This document shows positions 1 through 7,753 of a stretch of DNA of 18,724 bases, piece by piece (the stretch's first letter is position 1; the number at the start of each line of letters is the position of its first letter). Below the pieces are notes generated by a model that ran no database searches, was not told the origin of the DNA, and saw only the letters and a list, made by a program, of their open reading frames with translations. The position numbers and the translations under genes are program-made. Source of the stretch: Candidatus Methylomirabilota bacterium (GTDB lineage: Bacteria > Methylomirabilota > Methylomirabilia > Rokubacteriales > CSP1-6); the NCBI GenBank assembly GCA_046726415.1, contig JBKPAK010000217.1:1-18724 (forward strand), given 5' to 3'.

Positions 1-315
1 CAGCTCGGAGTGATGAGGCGGTGACCAGTCACCGTAGAATCGGCTCCCGCTGCGCATCGGCGCGCCCGCGTATGCCGCCTGAAGATCCTTGAGGAGAAAG
101 GGCACGCCCGCGAAGGGACCGTCGGGCAGGACGCCCTCGGCGGCCCGGCGCGCCTGGTCGTAGAGCGGGTGGATCACCGCATTGATCCGGGGATTGGCGC
201 GCTCGATCCGCTCGATGGCGGCCTCTACCAGCTCTCGCGGCGAGACCTTGCGCCGGCGCACCAGGTCGGCGAGCGCGATTGCGTCGTAACGCTCGTACTC
301 GGAGAATGTCGCCAT
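1..315 (-). CDS. Amidase-signature family amidase, N-terminal part (runs off the window edge)
   Basis: Not in the ORF track. Manual translation from ATG at 315: [94 protein letters not shown]... The [12 protein letters not shown] motif carries the catalytic Lys of amidase-signature enzymes. Confidence 0.9.
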   Translation of the reverse strand, partial: MATFSEYERYDAIALADLVRRRKVSPRELVEAAIERIERANPRINAVIHPLYDQARRAAEGVLPDGPFAGVPFLLKDLQAAYAGAPMRSGSRFYGDWSPPHHSEL

Positions 316-337
316 CCGTTAGTGGCCGGCGGTCGCC

Positions 338-1141
338 TCAGCTCGGATACCAGCTCGGCCGACGCTTCTCGACGAACGACGCGAGACCCTCGGTGGTCTC
401 GCCGAGCTGTCGGATGGTGGCGTGCTCACCCACGAGGACACCAAGGAGCGTGTCGTCGATGACGGCACCCGCCACCTGGAGGGACCGGAGCTTGGTGGCC
501 GCGGTGGCGGCAGGCGCGTTCATCAGCAGGGCATCGACGATGCGAGCGCCGACCTCGTCGAGCGCACCCGGGGCGCAGACCTCGTGGACCAGACCGAACC
601 GGCGGGCCTCGTGGGCGTCGAAGCGCTCAGCGGTCAGCGCGTACCGGCGGACCTGGCGGAGTCCCATCGCCTGGCAGAGCTGGGGCAGGATGATGCCGGC
701 CATCAAGCCCCATCGCGTCTCGCTAATCGCGAAGACCGCGTCTTCGCTTGCGACGACTACGTCGCACGCGGCCACGATGCCGGTGCCGCCGCCGAAGCAG
801 CCGCCCTGCACGAGCGCCACCGTGGGGACGGGAAGCGTGTCGAGTCGGCGCACGGCCTCGGCGGTGGCCCGCGACACCTGCTCGCTCTCGGCCGGCGACC
901 GCCGCGCGATGTCGCTGACCCACGTGAGGTCGGCTCCCGCCTGGAAGTGCTTTCCATTGCCGCGGATGACCACGGCGCGAAGGCCCGCCTCCCTGGCGAG
1001 GGCATCCATCGACTCATGCAGGCCCTGGATGACATCGCCGTTGTACGCGTTGTTCACCGCCGGCCGATTGAAGGTCACCGTGCCGACGCCGCGCGTGTCC
1101 CGTTCCCAGAGCACGGTTCCGCGACCCACAGCATGACTCAT
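338..1141 (-). CDS. Enoyl-CoA hydratase/isomerase (crotonase) family, methylglutaconyl-CoA hydratase-like
   Basis: Motifs FNRPAVNNA, FQAGADL (oxyanion hole), GGCFGGGTGIVAACD, FAISETRWGL and C-terminal EGLASFVEKRRPSW. Only one of the two crotonase Glu residues is present, as in the LiuC/AtuE-like subgroup. Confidence 0.88.
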   Translation of the reverse strand: MSHAVGRGTVLWERDTRGVGTVTFNRPAVNNAYNGDVIQGLHESMDALAREAGLRAVVIRGNGKHFQAGADLTWVSDIARRSPAESEQVSRATAEAVRRLDTLPVPTVALVQGGCFGGGTGIVAACDVVVASEDAVFAISETRWGLMAGIILPQLCQAMGLRQVRRYALTAERFDAHEARRFGLVHEVCAPGALDEVGARIVDALLMNAPAATAATKLRSLQVAGAVIDDTLLGVLVGEHATIRQLGETTEGLASFVEKRRPSWYPS

Positions 1142-1151
1142 CGCTGTTCCC

Positions 1152-1205
1152 AGGCCTCACCTCGAGCGGCAGGGGTCCCCCGCGACGTCGTGCGACTCGG
1201 AAGAC
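1152..1205 (-). repeat. Degenerate copy of a dispersed palindromic intergenic element (REP-like)
   Basis: ccgcgacgtcgtgcgactcggaagac (1180-1205) matches ccgcgacgtcctgcggctcgcaggac (18346-18371) at 22/26. The adjacent aggcctcacctcgagcggcaggggtcc resembles aggctcgcctcggacggcggggccc (18316-18340). Lies just past the stop codon at 1209. Confidence 0.65.
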
Positions 1206-1208
1206 GGG

Positions 1209-2048
1209 TCACCGTCCGAGCGTGTCGTAGCAGAGGCGGGCCATGCGGCCGATGAGCTGATAGGCGGCGGCAAAGCCCGGCGTGCCGTCGGCAAGTTCTG
1301 TGGGCACATGCTCGGTGTAGGCGGTCAGGATGAACAGCGGGCGATCGGATCGATAGACGATGCCGGCGTCCATGTATCCGCGGGACCCGGTGCCGGTCTT
1401 GTGCGCGACCTTGGTGCCGAGAGGCAGTAGCGAGGGCAGTCGCGTCTTGAGCTTCTGCCAGCTCAGAATGTCGAGCGCAAGTCGACACTGCTCGGCCGTG
1501 CATCCCAGGCGCGCCGCCACCTGCGGATCGGTCGTTCCGCGCAGGATCAGCTCGAGCAGGAGTCCTTGGTCATTGGGGGTTGTGGTCGTGACTTGATCGA
1601 GCGAGTGGTCGCGGCCGAGCCGGGGTGGGATGCCGAACCGATGGACGGTGCGGGTCATGCCCACGGACGCGCAGAACCGCTGGATGGCGTCAAGCCCCAC
1701 CAGGTCGACGACGGTGCCAGTGCACGTGTTGTCGCTCACGATGATCATCATAGTGAGCGCGTCGCGGAAGGTGATCCAGAAGCCCGGCGTCAGGTGCTGG
1801 AAGGTCCCCGAGTCGTTGTCCTGATACTTCGACTCGATTGTCACCTTCTGATCGAGGGCCAGTTTGCCGTCGTGGACCGCCTTCAGGGCGGCCATCATGA
1901 TCGAAATCTTGCGGGTGCTCGCCGACGGCACCGGCACGTCTCCCAGTCGGTCGGCCCGGTCGCCACTCGTGAGGTCTTTCAGATACCAGCTCGTCTGGAA
2001 CGGCAGACCATCACACAGGTCGTTCAGGCGTTGTTCGAGATGTCGCAT
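1209..2048 (-). CDS. Serine hydrolase, class A beta-lactamase-like fold
   Basis: SxxK (STRK in SASTRK), SDN and KTG (HKTGT) motifs in class A order. Start moved from 2099 to ATG 2048 (MRHLEQ) because AGGAG lies just upstream. No ExxLN omega-loop motif and no signal peptide visible. Confidence 0.85.
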   Translation of the reverse strand: MRHLEQRLNDLCDGLPFQTSWYLKDLTSGDRADRLGDVPVPSASTRKISIMMAALKAVHDGKLALDQKVTIESKYQDNDSGTFQHLTPGFWITFRDALTMMIIVSDNTCTGTVVDLVGLDAIQRFCASVGMTRTVHRFGIPPRLGRDHSLDQVTTTTPNDQGLLLELILRGTTDPQVAARLGCTAEQCRLALDILSWQKLKTRLPSLLPLGTKVAHKTGTGSRGYMDAGIVYRSDRPLFILTAYTEHVPTELADGTPGFAAAYQLIGRMARLCYDTLGR

Positions 2049-2171
2049 GTTTGGCTCCTGTCGCTTCGGTCCAGGTCCTGGGACTAGCTCCTCTGTCATC
2101 TCGGTCGACGTCGGGGCGCGCCATGTCGCTCAGGCAGTCGTCTCGTCCGTCATTCCCGTCGCCGCTCGCCG

Positions 2172-3992
2172 TCATCGCGGGGCATCGCGCCATCGCGCCT
2201 CGGCTTCCCCGAAGCCCGGGCCGCGGTCGATGAGGTCCGGTTCACTCGCCCGGCGGCCGCGTTCTTCGTCGGTGGCGGCCTTGTCGATCTCGAGCGTGAT
2301 CGGACTCAGGACGACGCCGTAGTCCTCGAGGGCGCCGCGCGCCGTCACGAACCCCCCCGCGACGTCCTGGCGCACGCGCTCGGGATCGCGCGCCAGGGGA
2401 TCGCCCCAGCCCCCGCCGCCGCACGTCTCGAAACGGAGGAGGTCGCCGCGCACGAGTCCAATGCCGTCGCCAAGCGGCGGAAGCTCCCGCGCCCCGGCGG
2501 TCCCCGGATTCAGCAGCACGCGCCCGGTCCGTCCGGCTCGACCCCCGACCACACCGTACGGGGCGACCAGCGTGTTCTCCATGCGGGTGGCTAGCTCCGC
2601 CCGCTCGCACAGCACCCGGACGTCCCGCACTACGCCCGTGCCCCCGCGGTGGTATCCGGGGCCACCAGAGTCTGGCCGCACGGCGTACCGCTCGACGCGC
2701 AGCGGGAAGTCCCGCTCGACGTATTCCACCGGATAGTTCTCCTGCGCAATGTAGTAGATGACGTCGACGCCATCGGCGAAGGGCCGGGCGCCAAGACCCA
2801 CCCCGAGTCCCTCGATGCACAGGATGGGCCGTTGCCGGGCCTCATCCCACGCTCGGAAGTAATAGAGGACGTAGACCGGCGAGCCCGCGGGAACCCGGCC
2901 GCCGTTGGCCTGGGCGAGGCTGCCAAAGATGCACGACAACACCCGGAAGCGGGTATTGGCGCGCATGCCCAGGGGCGCAGGGAAGCGCGGGTTGAGCAGG
3001 CTGCCCTCGCGCGCCACCCACTCGTCGAGATTGGCCAGCAGTCCCTCGTTGACCTCCAGCTCGGGGTCGAGCGCCTGCAAGTAGCGCCCGAAGGCGATGC
3101 GCAATAGCCCGGGATTGGTCACGTAGTTGATGGGCCCCCGCGCCTGGTCGTCGGAGCGCGATCCGTCGAGCCGAACGTGCGCTCCGGCGCGGCTCAGCGT
3201 CAGCTCGACCCGGTAGGGACGCGGGTCCGTGGCCCCATCGCTGTCGAGGAAATCGTGGAACGTTCACTGTCCCTCGGGAACGAGGCCAAGAAACACCTCG
3301 CGCGCGCGGCTCGCCGTCTGAGTGATACAGGCGTCGAACGACGCCAAGACGGTAGGCGTGCCGTAGCGGGCGAACAGCTCCACGAGCCGAAGCTCGGCGA
3401 GGTGGCAGGAGGCCATCATCGCCCGCGTATCGCCTTCCACCATGTCCGGCAGGCGCGAGTTGCGCAGGAAGATCCGGTACGCCTCCTCGTTGAGCTGCCC
3501 CTCCCGCACGATGCGGACGGGCGGGACCAGCACTCCCTCGTGGTAGATCTCGGTGGCGTGCGGGGAAATGCTTCCGGCCCGAAGGCCGCCGATGTCCTGG
3601 TAGTGCCCGAAGGTGGCGGTGAAGGCCACCGGGCGGCCCTCGTAGAACACGGGCGCCACGAAGACCATGTCTTGGTGATGCTGGACGGCGCCCTCGGTGA
3701 GGTAGGGGTCGTTGAACCAGTACACGTCGCCAGGCCGCATGGTCTCGCGCGGGTACGCACGCGAGATGGCCGCCAGCATGCCAGGACCGCTGGCCGAGAT
3801 GTGGCAGGCGACGATGCGGCCCTCGGTGTCGTAGATGCCGACGAAGTAGTCCTTCTTCTCCTTGATGAAGGGCGACATGGCGCAGCGCTCCATCAGGAGT
3901 TCCATCTCGCGGATGGTCGAGGTGAGGCTGCCGCGGATGATCTCGAGGGTGACGGGGTCGACGGCCGACGGCGGATGGGTCTGGCTGCTCAT
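2172..3992 (-). pseudogene. Hydantoinase B / 5-oxoprolinase family subunit, interrupted by one in-frame TGA (3264-3266)
   Basis: Starts MSSQTHPPSAVDPVTLEII at 3992, overlapping the A-subunit stop (ATGA). Motifs PGDVYWFNDPY, HHQD, GHYQDIGG, EIYHEG. Reads ...VPEGQ*TFHDFLDSDG...QARGPINYVTNPG in frame into ORF 2172..3122 (DSGGPGYHRGG, GGGGWGDP). 606 codons if read through. Confidence 0.88.
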
Positions 3993-6054
3993 GATCGCTC
4001 CAGGAGGATGTTGAGATCCTGATCGATGCGCGCGCGGACCTTGGGCGCCACCAAGGTGGTGGCGTCGTCCTGATCCACAATGGCCGGCCCCGAGAACGTC
4101 ATGCCCGGCGCCAGCCGGCCGCGCGCGTAGCACGGTGTCTCGACGAAGCCGAGGCGGCGGAAAGACACGGCACGGCTGCCGACGAGGGCGCGTCCGAGGT
4201 CGGCGGGGTTCGGCGCAGGCACCGGCACCGCGCGTCGGGGCAGGATCCCGATGGCGACGATCCGCAAATTGACCAGTTCGACTCGGGCGGCCGGCAGTTC
4301 GTAGGTGTAGAGGCGGCGATGCTCGGCGTGAAACGTCGCCGTCAACTCCCCCAGACGCGCCGGCGTGAGCGGTCCCGCCGCGGCCGGGCACGTCAGCTCG
4401 AAGCTCTGATGCTCGTAGCGGAGGTCGGCGGCGCGCTCGAAGCGCTGGCGATCGCGCGGGATCTGCTCCTCGTCGAGCCACGCCCGAGCCTGCGCCTCCA
4501 GCTCGGCCCACACGGCCTCCAGCGCGGAGATGTCGCCCGGGCCAGCCCCGCGTTCGCCCGCGCCCACTGTCCGCACGAACGTCACCCGGATGTCCGTGTC
4601 GAGCAGCCCCCAGGTGGAGGTGACACCGGGTCGCGGGGGGATGACGACCGTCGGGATTTCCAGCAGTTCCGCCAGCCGACACGCGTGGAGCGGGCCGGCG
4701 CCGCCAAAGGCCACCAGCGTAAAGCGCCGCGGATCGTGGCCTCGCCCCACCGAGACGGCGCGGATGCCGCGCGCCATCGAATTGTCGATGATCTCGACGA
4801 TGCCGCTGGCCGCCTCCTCGACGCTGAGACCGAGTGGATGGGCCACGCGCGACTCGATGGCCTTGCCAGCCGCGTCGACGTCGAGGGACAGTTCGCCGCC
4901 CAAGAGCGCCGGCGGGATGCGACCGAGCACGAGGTGGGCGTCGGTCACTGTCGGCTCGCTTCCGCCGCGGCCGTAGCAGACGGGACCGGGATCGGCGCCG
5001 GCGCTTCGCGGCCCGACAGTTAGCCGTCCCGCTGCAGTGACACTGGCGACGCTGCCGCCGCCGGCCCCGATGGTATGGATGTCCACCATGGGCAGCTTGA
5101 GTGGGAAGGGGCCGATGGCTCCGTCTTTGGTGACTTCCGGTCGGCCCTCACGGACGAGGCAGATGTCCGCGCTGGTCCCGCCTACGTCGATGGAGATGAT
5201 GTCGCGAACGTCCGCGGCGGTGGCCACGCTCACGGCGCCGATGACGCCGGCGGCGGGACCCGAGAGCACTGTCTGCACCGGCTGGCGAACGCAAGTCGCC
5301 GCGCTCGTGACGCCGCCATCCGACTTCATGATGAGGAGGGGAGCGCGCACGCCCGCGGCGGCCAGCGCGTCGTGCAGGAGGCTCACGTAGCGGCTGACCG
5401 GGGGCATGACCGCGGCATTGAGGGCCGTGGCCATGCTTCGCTCGAACTCTCGAAACTGGGGGAGCACCTCCGAGGAAGGGACACCAGCACTCCCGGGTAC
5501 TCGGCGCTCAGGATGGTGTGCATGCGCCGCTCGTGGGCCGGATTGGTGTAGGCGTGCAAGAAGACGACCGCCACCGCCGGGACTCCGAGCTGCGCGAGCT
5601 GACGCGCCACCGTTCGCGCCTCGGCCTCGTCGAGCGGCGTGAGGATCTTGCCGCCGACATCGAGGCGTTCGGTGACCTCGAAGATCCGGTCCGGCGTGAT
5701 GGGACGGACCGGCTTGCTCCACCCGTAGAGGTTGCCGTGGCGGGGGATGTCGTGACGGCCAATCTCCAGCACGTACTTGAAGCCGGCGGTGGTGATGAGG
5801 GCCGTCGGGGGCGTCTTGCGTTCCAGCAGCGCGTTGGTGGCCGTCGTCGTCCCGTGAAAAACGCGAATGACGTCCTCCGGTGCGCGACCGGCGAGAGCCA
5901 GGACTTTGCGGACGGCGGCCATGAAGCCGTCGGAGAGGTCGCCGGGGGTCGAGGGCGTCTTGACCACCCACGTGGCTCCGGTGTCGGCGTCGGCGAACGT
6001 GCAGTCGGTGAAGGTGCCGCCCACATCGATGGCGAGAGTGCCGTGCGCGCTCAT
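3989..6054 (-). pseudogene. Hydantoinase A / 5-oxoprolinase family subunit with a 1-nt frameshift at about 5477
   Basis: N-half in ORF 5383..6120 (IDVGGTFTD, HGTTTATNALLER, NPAHE; likely start ATG 6054). C-half in ORF 3989..5971 (SEVLPQFREFER, SGPAAG, DVGGTSAD, IGAGGGS, FGGAGPLHA). Junction reads GTG TCC CT TCC TCG GAG; adding one base restores VSLSSEVLP and a 688-aa protein. Confidence 0.9.
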
Positions 6055-6157
6055 GCCGTAGGTGGATAGCACACCTGGAGCCCCGGTGGAAGGCCGGGGC
6101 GACGCGACGGAAACTCCCACTGCCCGCCGAAGGGCACGTACAGCGCGCGAGGCTTGT

Positions 6158-6191
6158 GGGCGCCCGGCATACCGTATGGTCCCGGGCGCCC
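6158..6191 (-). terminator. GC-rich stem-loop downstream of the OmpA-domain gene, possible terminator
   Basis: 10-bp arms gggcgcccgg / ccgggcgccc with an inner acc-gtat-ggt stem, 15 nt past the stop at 6206. No clear U-tract. Confidence 0.45.
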
Positions 6192-6205
6192 GATTTACGG
6201 GTGGC

Positions 6206-6925
6206 TTACTCGACCGGCGTGGTCAGCTTCACGGTCACGCGTCGCTTTTGATCGGCGGGCAGCGAACGGTCAGTGATCGGGCCGATGCCCGCGGCATTGA
6301 TCCGTCGCAGCTCGATACCTCGCTGCACGAGGAAGCGGCGCACTGACTCCACCCGCCGCTGGCTCAGCGCAAGATTGTAGTCCAGGGAGCCGGTAGCGTC
6401 GGTGTAGCCCTCCAGCTCCACCGCGAGTCGCGGGTCCTCCGCCATCTCTTTGGCGAGCCCGACCAGCGCCGTCTGTGCCGCGTCGGTCAGATCGGCTTTG
6501 TTGAAGGCGAAGCGGACCTCCACGGTCTCGACGAGATTGCGCGCGTCTCGATTATTCCAGAGCCGCGTGACCCTGCCGTCGACCTCATTGGCGCGGGTCA
6601 TGGCGCCGTCGGCTCGGGTGATGGCGACATCGGCGCGCTCGCCGGCACCCCTGGCCGTGGTGGCGGCCCCTCCCACCGAGCCCTCCAAAGTGTTGACACG
6701 CCCGCTCACGCTCTCGACGCTCTTCGTCTGCTCAGTCACGCGAGCCTCGACGCCGCCGATGCGCTGCCCTTCTTGACCGACTTTTGTCTCGACCTGGCCG
6801 AAACGTTGATCGTTTTCGGCCTGCTGCTTGGTCATTGTCTCTCGCACCCAACTCTTGGTGGCACACCCAGACAGGATGATGAGCGTCGCGGGCACGATTA
6901 CCCCGAACCGCAGAAGATCACGCAT
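6206..6925 (-). CDS. OmpA-family peptidoglycan-binding lipoprotein with coiled-coil-like linker
   Basis: Signal peptide with lipobox LSGC, Ala/Gly/Arg-rich helical middle, and C-terminal OmpA-like domain (FAFNKADL, EGYTDATGSLDYNLALSQRRVESV, RRV). ATG 6925 is preceded by AAAGGGGG. Confidence 0.9.
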   Translation of the reverse strand: MRDLLRFGVIVPATLIILSGCATKSWVRETMTKQQAENDQRFGQVETKVGQEGQRIGGVEARVTEQTKSVESVSGRVNTLEGSVGGAATTARGAGERADVAITRADGAMTRANEVDGRVTRLWNNRDARNLVETVEVRFAFNKADLTDAAQTALVGLAKEMAEDPRLAVELEGYTDATGSLDYNLALSQRRVESVRRFLVQRGIELRRINAAGIGPITDRSLPADQKRRVTVKLTTPVE

Positions 6926-6967
6926 TGCAGCCCCCTTTCCCGGCATTCGGCCAGTCGCCTCTCGTAA

Positions 6968-6983
6968 GGCAAGAGGCGTGCCC
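6968..6983 (-). promoter_or_regulatory. Sigma54 (RpoN) -24/-12 promoter for the OmpA-domain gene
   Basis: Minus strand GGGCACG-CCTC-TTGCC, an exact GGCACG-N4-TTGC core. Implied start near 6957, about 32 nt before the ATG. Confidence 0.75.
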
Positions 6984-7032
6984 TATCGCACCGGCCAGAT
7001 GAGGCTAACACATAGGCTCCGCTAGACTGGCA

Positions 7033-7045
7033 TAACTGGTTGACT
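7033..7045 (-). promoter_or_regulatory. IHF-like binding site
   Basis: Minus strand AGTCAA-CCAG-TTA, one mismatch to WATCAA-N4-TTR. Lies in an AT-richer patch about 50 bp upstream of the sigma54 motif. Confidence 0.45.
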
Positions 7046-7113
7046 TGATGTCGTTTTGGGGACCGTGTTCGGCCGGGGTGCATGCCGGGTTTAGCGCGGC
7101 GCGTTGGGCCCCC

Positions 7114-7150
7114 TGTAAGAGTTGCGCACACCGTGTACGGAGTGCCGACA
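7114..7150. promoter_or_regulatory. Tandem TGT-N11-ACA dyads, candidate enhancer-binding-protein UAS
   Basis: TGTAAGAGTTGCGCACA (7114-7130) and TGTACGGAGTGCCGACA (7134-7150), period 20 bp, midway between two divergent sigma54-like motifs. Confidence 0.5.
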
Positions 7151-7289
7151 CGATGGAGCCTTTAGAACTCTCCAAACCACTCTGCCACGGGGGCGCGATT
7201 GCCGTTCTGGCGGCAACCGCAGGGTTCCGCCAGCCCAAGCTCTGGCAGCAGCCGATCGAGTTGAGTTCCAGAGCGCGCCCCTTACCCGA

Positions 7290-7304
7290 CGGCACGCGTC
7301 TTGG
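7290..7304 (+). promoter_or_regulatory. Sigma54-like motif upstream of the HPF-family gene
   Basis: CGGCACG-CGTC-TTGG: perfect -24 element, -12 element with G instead of C. Confidence 0.45.
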
Positions 7305-7359
7305 AGGGGAAGCGGCATGTCTCTATACACGCGTCTTGGAGGGGAAGCGGCATGTCTCT
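7293..7359 (+). repeat. 32-bp perfect direct repeat (period 35) containing a Shine-Dalgarno sequence and ATG
   Basis: cacgcgtcttggaggggaagcggcatgtctct at 7293-7324 and 7328-7359, separated by ata. Confidence 0.95.
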
Positions 7360-7753
7360 CGATATTCAAGGTCTCCAGGATCCGCGACTGACGGAGCTAG
7401 TGGTCACCGAAATCGAAGCCGTTCTCGACCGGTACGGCTACCGGCCTATTGGCGTTCGAGTTATGTTCGGCGATGAGAATGGACCGAAGGGCGGCGTGGA
7501 CATGAAGTGCACGGTGGTCGTCCCGGTGCCCCCACGTGCGGTGGTCCGCGCCGAGCACCTGGCCCCCACGCCGTACGAGGCGTTCGAAGGGAGTCTGGCG
7601 GCTCTCGGTCGCCAGTTGGCCGAGCGACGAAGCCGGACGCGAGCCCTCAGCCGGCGCCCCAAGAAGTATTACGTCGCGAAGCAGAGCCAGCGGACCGTCG
7701 AATCCCGTGAACTGGAGGAGGGCGGCGGCACACCCCGCCGTCGCGCAGGATGA
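7352..7753 (+). CDS. HPF/RaiA (S30AE) family ribosome-associated protein
   Basis: MSLDIQGL...VRVMFGDENGPKGGVDMKCTVVVPVP...VRAEH...PYEAFEGSLAALGRQL follows the HPF fold pattern with the D-x-NGPKGG-x-D subfamily motif, then a basic tail (RRPKKYYVAKQ). GGAGG SD before ATG 7352. Confidence 0.8.
   Translation: MSLDIQGLQDPRLTELVVTEIEAVLDRYGYRPIGVRVMFGDENGPKGGVDMKCTVVVPVPPRAVVRAEHLAPTPYEAFEGSLAALGRQLAERRSRTRALSRRPKKYYVAKQSQRTVESRELEEGGGTPRRRAG

Noticed and set aside
2011-2193. Small ORF between the B subunit and the serine hydrolase
   Set aside because: No recognisable features, and it overlaps both neighbours out of frame.
3264-3266. Selenocysteine or genetic-code reassignment of TGA
   Set aside because: TGA terminates many intact genes here (for example 12529, 13923, 15725). 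The position looks aromatic rather than Cys in the family, and no convincing SECIS hairpin was seen.
3993-4682. N-terminal 230 aa of track ORF 3264..4682, and likewise the first part of ORF 3989..5971
   Set aside because: Alternate-frame readings of the hydantoinase A gene. The B subunit starts at 3992, and the A-subunit C-half frame only becomes family-like below about 5477.
169-6069. Plus-strand ORFs over the left cluster (e.g. 279-1136, 422-1255, 3177-4022, 4319-5023)
   Set aside because: Antisense to well-supported minus-strand genes, with low-complexity Arg/Ala/Gly-rich translations.
7028-7043. TGGCATAACTGGTTGA as a plus-strand sigma54 promoter
   Set aside because: Spacing is off by one and the -12 GC is absent. 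The same bases fit an IHF-like site better.
7005-7300. ORFs or a structured ncRNA in the OmpA-HPF intergenic region
   Set aside because: The ORFs have no SD or family motifs, and I recognised no riboswitch, tRNA or known sRNA. Divergent promoter architecture explains the region better.
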